This document shows, in pieces, positions 28,054-37,620 of a stretch of DNA of 64,000 nt (positions are counted from its first letter, which is position 1; each line of letters starts with the position of its first letter). The position numbers were made by a program, and so were the translations under genes. The stretch lies in assembly GCA_026397315.1 (NCBI GenBank), contig JAPLVC010000003.1:41258-105257 (forward strand), written 5' to 3'. This DNA is from Candidatus Aenigmatarchaeota archaeon. Its GTDB lineage: Archaea; Aenigmatarchaeota; Aenigmatarchaeia; QMZP01; QMZT01. The notes below the pieces were generated by a model. The model was not told the DNA's origin. It did not search any database and saw only the letters and a program-made list of their open reading frames with translations.

Positions 28054-28779
28054 ATGAAGCCGCTTACATTGTCGCCGTCGTCCATCTCCATTTTCAGGGA
28101 CTGTCCGCGCTGCTTCTGGCTGCAGTTCAACCGTGGCATAAAGAGGCCGGACACGATTTTCCCCTCGCTTCCGGCGGGCATGGACCGGGTCCTGAAGATG
28201 CATTTCGACAGGCACAGGGCCGACCGCTCGCTTCCGGAGGAGCTGCACGGCAAGTTCCAGGGCTCGCTGTTCGACGACCTTAAACTCCTGGAAATATGGC
28301 GCAACAACTACAAGGGCTTGCGCTACAAAGACGAGCGGACCGGCGCCACGCTCATGGGCGCGCTCGACGATCTTTTCGTGACCAGCGAAGGGAAATACGC
28401 GCCGCTGGACTTCAAGACACGTGGCTACCCGAGGAAAGACGATACTCATTCGTATTACCAGCACCAGATGGACATATACTCGTTCCTGCTGGAGAAGAAT
28501 TCGCTGGTCCCTGCGGATTTCGCGATCCTCATATTCTTCCACCCGACCGGCGTCGACGAGCGGCATAACGTCATCTTTGACGCAGACCCTGTGAAAGTCG
28601 CGGTAGACCGCGCGCGCGGCGAGAAGCTTTTCCTGTCCGCGGTCGCATGCCTTAACGGGGCAGAGCCGCCGTCGGCGAAGGAATGCGGTTTCTGCCAGTG
28701 GGCGGAGAAGCTGAACCATAAGGAAGAGAAGCAGGCAAACAAAACGGAAAAGAAAAACAACCTTTTCGATTTCGCCTGA
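28054..28779 (+). CDS. PD-(D/E)xK nuclease, RecB/Cas4-like
   Basis: LSPS...CPRCFW...GALDD...LDFKT...QMDIY...CGFC. Confidence 0.9.
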   Translation: MKPLTLSPSSISIFRDCPRCFWLQFNRGIKRPDTIFPSLPAGMDRVLKMHFDRHRADRSLPEELHGKFQGSLFDDLKLLEIWRNNYKGLRYKDERTGATLMGALDDLFVTSEGKYAPLDFKTRGYPRKDDTHSYYQHQMDIYSFLLEKNSLVPADFAILIFFHPTGVDERHNVIFDADPVKVAVDRARGEKLFLSAVACLNGAEPPSAKECGFCQWAEKLNHKEEKQANKTEKKNNLFDFA

Positions 28780-28818
28780 TGCGCCACATTTAAATAATCG
28801 GTCCTCAATAATTATTTC

Positions 28819-29280
28819 ATGAAAACTTTGGTCATTTTTTATTCGCGCACAGGTAACACTAGAAAAGTCGCTGATGAAATAGCGAAAGTGTTTGGCTGCG
28901 ACACTGAGGAACTCGCGGACACCAAGAAGAGAGCGGGCATTTTGCATTACCTGTCATCTGGCCGAGACGCCCAGAAGGAGATGCTAACGACTCTCGTGGA
29001 GCCGAAAAACGACCCTTCCAAATACGATCTCGTCGTAATAGGCACTCCCGTGTGGGCAAGCAAGATGTCAGTCCCCGTCAGAGCATATCTGCATCTTAAG
29101 AAGGATAGTTTCAAGAAAGTCGCCTTCTTCTACACCGCGGGCAGCCAGAACGACAAAATATTCCCGGACATGAGCAAGGTCTGCGGCAAAACGCCTGTCG
29201 CGACTCTCGGCCTGTCAGCAGCGGAAATCAGGAAAGGCGACAGCGCCCAGAAGATAAAAGAGTTTTTGGAAAAATTGTAA
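28819..29280 (+). CDS. Flavodoxin family protein
   Basis: YSRTGNT, IGTPVW. Confidence 0.92.
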   Translation: MKTLVIFYSRTGNTRKVADEIAKVFGCDTEELADTKKRAGILHYLSSGRDAQKEMLTTLVEPKNDPSKYDLVVIGTPVWASKMSVPVRAYLHLKKDSFKKVAFFYTAGSQNDKIFPDMSKVCGKTPVATLGLSAAEIRKGDSAQKIKEFLEKL

Positions 29281-29290
29281 ACCACCCATC

Positions 29291-29587
29291 TCAGTTGGCA
29301 TTTGTTTTTTTGTGTCTTGCATATCGAATTTGCCCATAGGCATCGCCAGCCTCGTGATCATACCAGTATTTCTTGAGCAGCTTGCGGTATTCCATGACTT
29401 CCGGTGTTGCCCATGTTTCAGGATCGCTTTTCGAGAGTCTGACAAGATAATTAAAGACGCCATATGCCTTCCTCTGACCCGCCGGGTTCGCCATGTCAAG
29501 CTGGACTTTCAACCCTTCAAAAGGCATTGAGGTCTGTATGGCGTATTTTATCTTCTCTATTTCAGGAACTGTGTAAATCACTGCCAT
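29291..29587 (-). CDS. Hypothetical protein
   Basis: 98-aa ORF filling the gap. Confidence 0.6.
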   Translation of the reverse strand: MAVIYTVPEIEKIKYAIQTSMPFEGLKVQLDMANPAGQRKAYGVFNYLVRLSKSDPETWATPEVMEYRKLLKKYWYDHEAGDAYGQIRYARHKKTNAN

Positions 29588-29628
29588 GAAAAGCTTTCGA
29601 TAAAAAGTTTTTTAAGCCAGCCGTTGCC

Positions 29629-30552
29629 TCAGATGGCGTGGCCTTTGCCTATAAGATGCAGTTTCTTCGCGTTCAGGTCTAGCAGCAGGAACACGTCGCT
29701 CCCCGTGTACGCCAGCGGCTTCTCGGCCTCTATGACCAGCGAGCTGTCCGTGATTTCAGAAACTTTCACTGGCACGGTCTGCATGCCCACGGAGACGTGG
29801 AGCATCCCTTCCGTGAGCTTTTCCGCGTAGAACTTGCTCTTCTCAAACGAAAGTTTAATTCTGGTCCCGGTTTTCACGCTTCCGGGAACGCAAAGGACCG
29901 CGCCTCTTTTCAACTCGTCTATGGACGCGCCCTTGAGCGCGAGACCGACGCGCGAGCCTGCGTCAGCCGAATCGAAATCCTTGTCGTGCATCTGTATTGA
30001 GCGGACCACGATCTCTTTGCCGGCTGGCAAGAGCATGAGCTTGTCGTGCTTCTTCAGTACGCCTCTCTTCACAAACCCCAGTATGACTTCTCCGACGCCT
30101 TTGACTGCGAAGGAATGGTCTATCGTGACCAGCGTCGGGAGAGCGACGTCCCTCACGACGTCGATTTTTTCCAGCGTGGCCATTATCTCAAGCGCGTTGC
30201 GCTGCTTGACCACGAACGACTCCAGCGACGTGTCTTTGGTCAGCTTTATCGCCTGGCATATGTCAGTCCCAGCGGGCACGATGCATATGCCCTTCTTTAT
30301 GCCCATCGCGTCCAGCATGAGTATCGTCTCCCCGACTTCGGAGGTCATGCTGGCGAACGAGACGATAGCCGCGTCTATGCACGCCATTATCTGCACCTTC
30401 GCGGCTAGCTTGTCGTCCACGGGCTGCAAAAAGGTGAATATCGCGTCGTCAGTCTTGCGGTTGAACATGCGTATGTCGCTTACAGTCCCCTTTTTCGCAA
30501 TCTCGTTAGCCAGCGTCTCGTCATGGAAAACGCCGACAGTGAGGTTTTTCAT
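29629..30552 (-). CDS. SelB-like/EF-Tu domain-2 protein with degenerate G domain
   Basis: KKGTVSDI; IDHSFAVKGVG; RSIQMHD; GSRVGLALK. Confidence 0.85.
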   Translation of the reverse strand: MKNLTVGVFHDETLANEIAKKGTVSDIRMFNRKTDDAIFTFLQPVDDKLAAKVQIMACIDAAIVSFASMTSEVGETILMLDAMGIKKGICIVPAGTDICQAIKLTKDTSLESFVVKQRNALEIMATLEKIDVVRDVALPTLVTIDHSFAVKGVGEVILGFVKRGVLKKHDKLMLLPAGKEIVVRSIQMHDKDFDSADAGSRVGLALKGASIDELKRGAVLCVPGSVKTGTRIKLSFEKSKFYAEKLTEGMLHVSVGMQTVPVKVSEITDSSLVIEAEKPLAYTGSDVFLLLDLNAKKLHLIGKGHAI

Positions 30553-30646
30553 GGACTAGTTTTGTTGTTCATAATTTAAAAAAGATTTTCGGTTTTCTCC
30601 GAACAAAAAGCTGCCGGTTTATAAGACGGCTTAACTGATTGTTATT

Positions 30647-31150
30647 ATGGAAAGGAAAACTCTTGTTTATGGCTTGTTCATGATACTGATAATAATAACG
30701 GTCGGCGTGGCCGGCTGCGTCAGCGGCCAGCCGAAGGCATGCACCGAGGAAGCGAAGCTCTGTCCCGACGGAAGTTACGTGGGACGCGACTCTAACAACA
30801 ACTGTGCGTTCACGCCATGCCCGGGCGAAGGCACGCAACTGGCCAATCCTGCGTCGGTAAACTGCATCAACAACGGCGGAAAGCTTGATATCGTGACTGC
30901 GGAAGACGGCAGCCAAAGCGGCATGTGCACTTTTGAGGATGGCTTCTCCTGCGAGGAATGGGCTTATTACAGGGGAGAATGCCCTCCGTTCAGGCACATA
31001 TGCACGGATGAAGAAAAGGCGGCACAAAACTGCACAACGGCATACGAGCCCGAATGCGGAAACAACGGTGTCACATACAGCAACGGATGCCTGGCATGCG
31101 CGAGCAATAACATAACCTTGTGGAGCCACGGAAAATGCCTCACAGTGTAA
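30647..31150 (+). CDS. Cys-rich lipoprotein with DUF333 and Kazal-like domains
   Basis: AGC lipobox, CTEEAKLCPDGS, LANPASVNC, YEPECG...TYSNGC. Confidence 0.85.
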   Translation: MERKTLVYGLFMILIIITVGVAGCVSGQPKACTEEAKLCPDGSYVGRDSNNNCAFTPCPGEGTQLANPASVNCINNGGKLDIVTAEDGSQSGMCTFEDGFSCEEWAYYRGECPPFRHICTDEEKAAQNCTTAYEPECGNNGVTYSNGCLACASNNITLWSHGKCLTV

Positions 31151-31193
31151 ACGCGCGATTAATTTTTCTAAAACACAGATTCAAGACTTGCTC

Positions 31194-31304
31194 ATGGACA
31201 TCCTACCCGAGATAGCCAAAAGAAAAAGCCCGCTGGTTTTCGACGAAACGAAAGATGTTGAGAAGGCGAAGCAAGACGGCAACTCATCAAATTCAAAAAG
31301 CTGA
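31194..31304 (+). pseudogene. Probable nitroreductase 5' remnant
   Basis: MDILPEIAKRKSPLVFDETKDVEK resembles a nitroreductase N-terminus, then stops after 36 aa. Confidence 0.45.
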
Positions 31305-31440
31305 TGCCCAACAAAAAAACGCATCTCTTTTATTACATCGGCCAAACCGGCCTTATGGATGAAGTCTTAATGTGATTCTTGTCAAGGATAAAAAAATTCG
31401 CATGCAATATATAATCAGGGTTGTTCTCCGGGTGGGGTAA

Positions 31441-31953
31441 ATCTTTTCGAAAAGGGAAGCAACGTTAACGTGCATAGTTTTGGTTTTTGCTGCAGGTCTC
31501 TTCATCTCAATGCCCACGCAGTTCACCGGCCAGATGACGACTAATGTAAGCGAGAAAGCAGACGTTTCCGGCGGCGAGCAGTCAAACGAGCCTGAAATCA
31601 TTTTCACTACTTTCGACACCGAGCAATGCAAAAGCGACTTGGCCGTCTGCGAGAACTCCGTGGGCGAGCTGAAAGGCATAGTGCTTGACAAGTGCGAAAA
31701 ACCCCACCATGATTTCGAACTGGCCGCGTGGGACGTCGCCAGGTCGAACGTGTACCTCGAAGACGATTTCAACTGCGTGGATTTCAGCAACTTGCTTGTA
31801 AACCGGCTGAATGGCATGGGCTACAAGACGCGCATTGCACACGGCTTTTACAACGGCGAGCCGCACGCGTGGGTGGTCGCCGAAATACCGATAGAGGCGA
31901 CGAGCGGCAGGCTCATTACCCCGCAGCAATATGTCGAGTATGTTGAAAAATAA
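31441..31953 (+). CDS. Membrane-anchored transglutaminase-like protein (start uncertain: ATC 31441 or TTG 31480)
   Basis: NCVDFS...HAWV..E putative catalytic triad; N-terminal TM. Confidence 0.7.
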   Translation: MFSKREATLTCIVLVFAAGLFISMPTQFTGQMTTNVSEKADVSGGEQSNEPEIIFTTFDTEQCKSDLAVCENSVGELKGIVLDKCEKPHHDFELAAWDVARSNVYLEDDFNCVDFSNLLVNRLNGMGYKTRIAHGFYNGEPHAWVVAEIPIEATSGRLITPQQYVEYVEK

Positions 31954-32002
31954 TGAAATCTTTTTATCGGCGGCGCGCAATAAGTATTATTCCGGTGTTT
32001 GC

Positions 32003-32641
32003 ATGTTCAGGCTTGTGATTTTCGACCTCGACGGGACGCTTTTCAGTTCGGAGAATGTGATACTCGAGAGCCTCAACAGGGCTTTCAATGAGATTAACCT
32101 CGGTCCATACGACTGGGAAAGCGACATAGTCAGGTTCTTCGGAAAGCCTTTCCGCATATGGGCCGAAACGCTGCTCAGGGAAGCGGGCAGATACACGCCC
32201 GGGCTTGCGGAAAGGATTACGCAGAAGGCATGGGACAACTACGCGCTTTTAGGGCCGTCAATGGTCAGGCTTAACCCGGGCGCGAAAGAAACCCTGGAAA
32301 AACTTAAAAGCAAAGGCGTGAAGCTTGCTGTGGCCAGCAATATGATGACAAGGCACGCGCATATACTCCTGCCCCATTTCGGCATCCAGAACTATTTCGA
32401 TAAGATATGCACCGCTGACAGCGTGAAGCGGCCGAAGCCATTCCCGGACCAGTTCGACTGCATAATGGAAAGCGTCAAAGCGGACAAGAAAGAAACACTC
32501 ATGGTCGGCGACACCGCTTCGGATGTGGACTTCGCGCGCAACTGCGGCATAAAGGTCGCGCTGCTGGACGCATCGTGGAACAGGTCGCTAGCACCGGATT
32601 ACAGGATAAAAAATCTAAGCAAAGTCTTGGAACTTAAATGA
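32003..32641 (+). CDS. HAD-superfamily hydrolase (phosphoglycolate phosphatase-like)
   Basis: FDLDGTL, KPFP, MVGD. Confidence 0.93.
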   Translation: MFRLVIFDLDGTLFSSENVILESLNRAFNEINLGPYDWESDIVRFFGKPFRIWAETLLREAGRYTPGLAERITQKAWDNYALLGPSMVRLNPGAKETLEKLKSKGVKLAVASNMMTRHAHILLPHFGIQNYFDKICTADSVKRPKPFPDQFDCIMESVKADKKETLMVGDTASDVDFARNCGIKVALLDASWNRSLAPDYRIKNLSKVLELK

Positions 32642-32686
32642 AAGTTCCAAGTTCCATATCCCTTTATAATGCATCGTGTTAAATAA

Positions 32687-32842
32687 ATGCAAGGTGATTT
32701 CATAGCGAAGAAATGCAACAATAACATAGGTGCTTACGGACAAATAAGCAGATGCAAACTTGACAATTGTCTGTGTTGCATATACCCGCAGGACAAATGC
32801 CCCCAGTTCGTAGAAAGGAAATTCCCCAAGTTCAAAGCCTGA
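32687..32842 (+). CDS. Small Cys-rich protein (51 aa)
   Basis: Manual translation MQGDFIAKKC...RCKLDNCLCC...KCPQF; TTTATA upstream. Confidence 0.55.
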   Translation: MQGDFIAKKCNNNIGAYGQISRCKLDNCLCCIYPQDKCPQFVERKFPKFKA

Positions 32843-32852
32843 TTTTAACAGT

Positions 32853-32999
32853 TTAGTCTTTCTTGTTGAAGATGAAATAAGTCGCTATCCCTATCAGCGT
32901 CAGGACCGGCCCCAAAGGCGACTGAAAAAAGGCGAAAAGCACGGTGCCGGTTATAAGCACCGCGAGTATCAGAAGCGCGATAAATTTGTTTTTTATCAT
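32853..32999 (-). CDS. Small 2-TM protein (48 aa)
   Basis: Manual translation MIKNKFIALLILAVL...GIATYFIFNKKD; follows htpX. Confidence 0.6.
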   Translation of the reverse strand: MIKNKFIALLILAVLITGTVLFAFFQSPLGPVLTLIGIATYFIFNKKD

Positions 33000-33012
33000 T
33001 TCATCGACCGTC

Positions 33013-33957
33013 TCACTCGAGCGTCGAAAGGTGCTGCACTCTCTTGAGCATGTTGGGGTGGGTGCTGAGGATTTCCATGAGCTTGTCGCCTGTGCTGACC
33101 CGTACTTTGGAGTTCCTTATTTTGGCAAGTTCGTCCTTTTCTATGGAACCGCTCATGTCGCTGTCGAGCTCTTTGAGATTCTGGAAATCGCTTATGGCCC
33201 TGGACGGGTCGTTCACGAAGAAAGCCTTGAAGCCCTCCACATGTTTCAGCGAATCCTTGTTGGCCCTTGCGCTGCCGTAGACCAGCTTGTAAAGAGCCGA
33301 CGCCATCGAAGAAGGCTTGTTGCCCAGCTTCACGCTGCCCTTGTCCGCCCCGTATTCGCGTATCCTCGATGCGTAAAGGACCAGCAACTGCGTGACGAAA
33401 TAGAGTACGAAAGCGGCTATGCCTATCAGCACGGCGTTGCCCTTGTTCCTGCCGGATGAATATAAAGTGCCCCTGCTCACGAACCAGCATATCATCGGGA
33501 TGACGCTAAGAAGCGTTATGAACGCGACGTCACGGTTGTTTATGTGGGAAATCTCGTGGCCCAGGACTGCTCGCAGCTCGTCCTCTTTCATCAGGTTGAG
33601 TATGCCTCTCGTCACGCAGACGCGTCCGTCGCTCTTCCAGCGGCCGAAAGCGAAGGCGTTGGGCACTGCTATCTCCGAGATGCCTACGCGCGGCTTCTTG
33701 ATGCCGGCCTTTTCGGCCAGTTCGGCGACCATTTTGTGCAATTCAGGCGCGTCTTTCTCCGAAACGTAGTGCACGCCCATGGACCATTCGACTATCTTCG
33801 GCCCGATCATGTACTGTATGAAAATTATTCCTATCGCGACGACGCCGTAAAAGAAAAATCCCTCGATGCCCATGTATGCAGCCACGGCTGCTATCATGGC
33901 GTAAAGTATGCCGAAAAGTATAGTCGTGAGCAGGAACATCTTAAGCTGAAGCCACAT
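33013..33957 (-). CDS. htpX: Zinc metalloprotease HtpX
   Basis: PNAFA, GHEISH, SRIREYGAD, STHP. Confidence 0.95.
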   Translation of the reverse strand: MWLQLKMFLLTTILFGILYAMIAAVAAYMGIEGFFFYGVVAIGIIFIQYMIGPKIVEWSMGVHYVSEKDAPELHKMVAELAEKAGIKKPRVGISEIAVPNAFAFGRWKSDGRVCVTRGILNLMKEDELRAVLGHEISHINNRDVAFITLLSVIPMICWFVSRGTLYSSGRNKGNAVLIGIAAFVLYFVTQLLVLYASRIREYGADKGSVKLGNKPSSMASALYKLVYGSARANKDSLKHVEGFKAFFVNDPSRAISDFQNLKELDSDMSGSIEKDELAKIRNSKVRVSTGDKLMEILSTHPNMLKRVQHLSTLE

Positions 33958-34039
33958 GATATCACCGGGTAAATTATATAAGAGCGCCTGCTTTAAAAGA
34001 TTTCGCATTTTTTAGGATGGCCGGCCAAGATTTAATCAG

Positions 34040-34423
34040 GTGCGCATGGGGCAGATGGGCTACTACAAGATGCTGGCGGTCATTTTCGTAATCCTCGTCT
34101 TCTCCGTCGCCGTGCAGGGCCAGCAGCTTTTTGCCGACACGTTCTTCGCGCTCGCTTATGCCGTCATGGCTTTCGCTCTGTTCATAGGCACGAAATGGAA
34201 AAGCACGTCGCGCACGGCGATAGCGATCGGCCTGCTGCTCATCTTCTCGGTCGGCTTCCTCTCGACGAACGTGCTGATAGACTTCTTCAGCAAGCCCGTG
34301 ACCCCAAACGTCTTCTTCAAGCTGGCGATTGTCGTCTCGCTTGACGCGAGCGCCCTCTTCTTCCTGAACTACGGCAGGCAGATGAGGAAGGAAGAGCGAA
34401 TTCCGGAGACCGTCGAGTTTTGA
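34040..34423 (+). CDS. 4-TM membrane protein
   Basis: Hydrophobic segments. Confidence 0.75.
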   Translation: MRMGQMGYYKMLAVIFVILVFSVAVQGQQLFADTFFALAYAVMAFALFIGTKWKSTSRTAIAIGLLLIFSVGFLSTNVLIDFFSKPVTPNVFFKLAIVVSLDASALFFLNYGRQMRKEERIPETVEF

Positions 34424-34473
34424 GGCTCGGCTCGGCATGCAAAACTTATATTGGGGTAAATTATATTGTAAAT

Positions 34474-35220
34474 ATGGAAGCTTCCGGAGAACCGCAAAAT
34501 CCAGCAGTCCCTCAGGTCCAGCCTCAGCAGGCACCTGCGGGCCAGACGGGCGCGTATCCGGAGCAGGCTTCCGGCGGCGTTCTTTTCGTCCTCAAATGCA
34601 TATGGCTCTTCATACTCGGCGCCATTCTCGCGGTCGTGGGACTCATCACTCTTCTTACAAGACCCGACATGGGCACCAACCCCTTCATCATAATGCTCAT
34701 GGGACTAATGTTCACGGCCATCGGCTCGATATACGGAAAACGAAAGCTGGCTGGCCAGGCAGCGGTCGCGGATTACGTGGTCGACCCTGCCCAGATGCTG
34801 CAGATCAGGCCGGTGGACACGCCACCGCAACCACAGCAACAGCAGCAGATGCAGCCGTTCCCTACATATCCCGCTTACCCATCATATCCTCAGTCCGTCC
34901 AGCAGAGGCCGGCTGAAACGCCAAGAATCCAGCAGCCAGCGCAACCATCGACACAGTTGGCGCAGGCGGAACAGCCTTCCGGAATAAAGAGGATATTCGT
35001 ATGCCCGAAGTGCGGTGCCGAGAACGAGATGGATGACAAGTTCTGCTACAAGTGCGGTTTCAAGTTCACCAAGCCGAAAAAGAAACCCGCCAAGAAAGCG
35101 GCGAAGACGAAAACAGAAAAGGAAAAGCCCATATTAAAGTCAAAGCCCGCCGCAAAGCCAAAGCCAGCACCGAAAAAAGCACTCGTCGCCAAAAAGAAAA
35201 TACCTAAAGAAACCGTTTAA
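34474..35220 (+). CDS. 2-TM protein with Q/P-rich linker, zinc ribbon and Lys-rich tail
   Basis: CPKCG...FCYKCG. Confidence 0.8.
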   Translation: MEASGEPQNPAVPQVQPQQAPAGQTGAYPEQASGGVLFVLKCIWLFILGAILAVVGLITLLTRPDMGTNPFIIMLMGLMFTAIGSIYGKRKLAGQAAVADYVVDPAQMLQIRPVDTPPQPQQQQQMQPFPTYPAYPSYPQSVQQRPAETPRIQQPAQPSTQLAQAEQPSGIKRIFVCPKCGAENEMDDKFCYKCGFKFTKPKKKPAKKAAKTKTEKEKPILKSKPAAKPKPAPKKALVAKKKIPKETV

Positions 35221-35228
35221 TTCTGCAT

Positions 35229-36764
35229 TCAGATGATTCTCCACCTGACGCCGCCTTCCTTGTCCTCCAGCGTTATGCCTGCGTCTTTCAGGTCCGCGCG
35301 TATCTTGTCTGACAAGGCGTATTCTTTCTTCTTGCGCAGCGTTTCCCTCACGTCGATGAAAACCGCCATCAGTTTTGCGAAGTTCTCCGGGTCGTATTCC
35401 TTGCCTTTCAGATGCGTTATGTCCTTGTCCAGCCTTTTAGCTGTCTCGGCATCCTTCGTCTTTAGCGTCTCGTGAACTTCCACCAAAAGGTTCAGCGCCT
35501 TCTCCACCAGCTCTTTCGACGGACCAGCGTCCTTCTTCAGCACGCCCAGAACCTTGTCGAAGCGCTGCATGGCATGGATGCATTTTTCAGCGCCTGCCTT
35601 GCCGATTTTTCCCGCGTCAATGAGCTTGTTTATCTCTTTCATGAAGTCGAATAATGCTGCGAGAGCGGTGTTTATGTCAAGATCGTCGTCCATCGCTTCT
35701 GTGAAAGCCTTCTCGGCCTCATGGACGAGCTTGTCCACATCATGTTGCGGCTTCTCGCCTTTCGCTTCCCTGAGAAGGTCGATAAAATTATCGATTCTCT
35801 CGACTGTCTGCTTCGCCGCCCATAAAGATTCGTCAGTCACGTTGAGCTTTGAGCGGTAATGCGTCGATAGCAGGACATATCTTATGGCGCGCGGGTCATG
35901 TCCGCGCGCTAGTAACTCTTTGAGCGTGAGGTAGTTGCCCAGCGACTTCGACATCTTCTGCCCCTCGACCATGACGTGGTCGTTGTGCAGCCAGTAGCGC
36001 ACGAACTGTTTGCCATACGCCGCCTCGGACTGCGCGATCTCGTTTTCATGATGAGGGAACATCAGGTCGACGCCGCCCGTGTGGATGTCGAATGTCCTTC
36101 CGAGATATTTCGACGACATCACGGAGCACTCGATGTGCCATCCCGGCCGGCCTTTACCTATCTCCGTATCCCAGAAAACGTCGCCATCCTCCGGCGACCA
36201 CGCCTTCCATAAAGCGAAGTCCCTTGCCTCGTCTTTAGCGTATTCGTCCTGGCAGACGCGCGCGCCGGACTTGAGGGCGGACACGTCGAGCTTCGAGAGC
36301 TTCCCGTAGTCCGGGAATTTCCTTATGTTGAAATAAACAGAACCATCGGAACCCTTGTATGCGACGCCCTTGTCAAGCAGAATCTTTACCAGTTCGACCA
36401 TTTCATTGATATGCTCCGTCGCCCTCGGGTAATGTTCCACCCTTTCCGCATTCATCGTCTCCAGACTCTCGAAGAATACTTTCGCGTATTTCTCCGTGAA
36501 TTCGGCCAGCGTCATGCCCTCTTTCTTCGAGTTGCGGATGGTCTTGTCGTCGACGTCCGTGAGGTTCATGACGTGCGTAAGCTTGAAGCCACGGTATTTG
36601 AGGTAACGCCTTAGCAGGTCGTCGAAGACAAACGCCCTCAGGTTGCCGATGTGCGGGTAGTCGTATACCGTCGGGCCGCACGAATACATCCTGACCTCGC
36701 CCGCGTGCAGCGGCACGAATTCGTCCTTCGAGCGCGTCAGCGTATTGTAGAATTTCAGGACCAT
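35229..36764 (-). CDS. cysS: Cysteine--tRNA ligase
   Basis: CGPTVY, HIGN, GRPGWHIEC, KMSKS. Confidence 0.98.
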   Translation of the reverse strand: MVLKFYNTLTRSKDEFVPLHAGEVRMYSCGPTVYDYPHIGNLRAFVFDDLLRRYLKYRGFKLTHVMNLTDVDDKTIRNSKKEGMTLAEFTEKYAKVFFESLETMNAERVEHYPRATEHINEMVELVKILLDKGVAYKGSDGSVYFNIRKFPDYGKLSKLDVSALKSGARVCQDEYAKDEARDFALWKAWSPEDGDVFWDTEIGKGRPGWHIECSVMSSKYLGRTFDIHTGGVDLMFPHHENEIAQSEAAYGKQFVRYWLHNDHVMVEGQKMSKSLGNYLTLKELLARGHDPRAIRYVLLSTHYRSKLNVTDESLWAAKQTVERIDNFIDLLREAKGEKPQHDVDKLVHEAEKAFTEAMDDDLDINTALAALFDFMKEINKLIDAGKIGKAGAEKCIHAMQRFDKVLGVLKKDAGPSKELVEKALNLLVEVHETLKTKDAETAKRLDKDITHLKGKEYDPENFAKLMAVFIDVRETLRKKKEYALSDKIRADLKDAGITLEDKEGGVRWRII

Positions 36765-36813
36765 AAAGCCACTTATAATAGATTGTCTTTTGTGCCTTTA
36801 AAAACAGGGCTGT

Positions 36814-37545
36814 TTATTCAGCAATTATTGTATTGCCATTATCGTTTTCGTCATCGTAGCCAAGAGAAATTGACAACACACCTTTATTTTCAGTTATTGA
36901 CGTGATTGAGTCCAATTCTTGCGGTTTTATCTGTTTTTCTTTCAGCAGTGCGTTCAGAAGTCTTTCTTCGAAGAATATTCCTTCCCCCCTTTTAACGAGT
37001 TTCATTGCAGTGCTACCTTCTTTCAGTGCTTGTTCCAAATTGGAGAAGAGCTTCTTTATTTGCGGGTTTAATATGTAGTCCCAGAAGAATATGCCGCCTT
37101 CCCTTATTCCTGTTTCAACCGAATCCGATAGATGCACGCCATTGTCCATTGGCCTGTTTTCCCTGTTGACCCGTTCTATCGAATCACCGGTCACTTCATA
37201 CACAAAACTCCTGAAACTGCCGGGTTTTGCCTTAATCGGGTCTTTGTATCCTATCACGTCGTCTCTCATGTGCTCAATCCATTTTGCAGGGTTTTTATGG
37301 TCTTCTCCCGCTTCAAAAACATTTGTCACAAGCCTCTTGCCGGAATAGAGATTCCACAGGGAATCGAAGAACGGCCTATCTTTGTGTACGGCATAAAGCT
37401 CTTTCATGAGTTCATCTGGGCTTGCATCCCATGTTCTTGTCGATATTATGCGCCCTTCCTGCCTCAGCAGGTCAAGAAGTTTTTTTTCGATGTACTCATG
37501 GCTTGCCGTTAACGGCTTGTAAAGCATCAATAACCTGGGTTCCAT
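36814..37545 (-). CDS. ndk: Divergent nucleoside-diphosphate kinase with C-terminal extension
   Basis: YKP, YAVHKDRPFF, AKPGSFR, NGVHLSDS...REGGIFF. Confidence 0.75.
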   Translation of the reverse strand: MEPRLLMLYKPLTASHEYIEKKLLDLLRQEGRIISTRTWDASPDELMKELYAVHKDRPFFDSLWNLYSGKRLVTNVFEAGEDHKNPAKWIEHMRDDVIGYKDPIKAKPGSFRSFVYEVTGDSIERVNRENRPMDNGVHLSDSVETGIREGGIFFWDYILNPQIKKLFSNLEQALKEGSTAMKLVKRGEGIFFEERLLNALLKEKQIKPQELDSITSITENKGVLSISLGYDDENDNGNTIIAE

Positions 37546-37620
37546 TTTTAGTATTCGTGGTTAGTTTTAAATTCATTGCCTTTTCCAAACATTTTTAACC
37601 CCGCGGACGAAAACGATAGC

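Noticed and set aside
28054-28779. Cas4-like nuclease as part of a CRISPR system
   Set aside because: No repeat-spacer array or other cas genes are visible in the window; solo PD-(D/E)xK nucleases are common.
29629-30552. SelB as evidence for selenocysteine use
   Set aside because: The G domain is degenerate and this short SelB-like family is not diagnostic; no tRNA-Sec or SECIS is seen.
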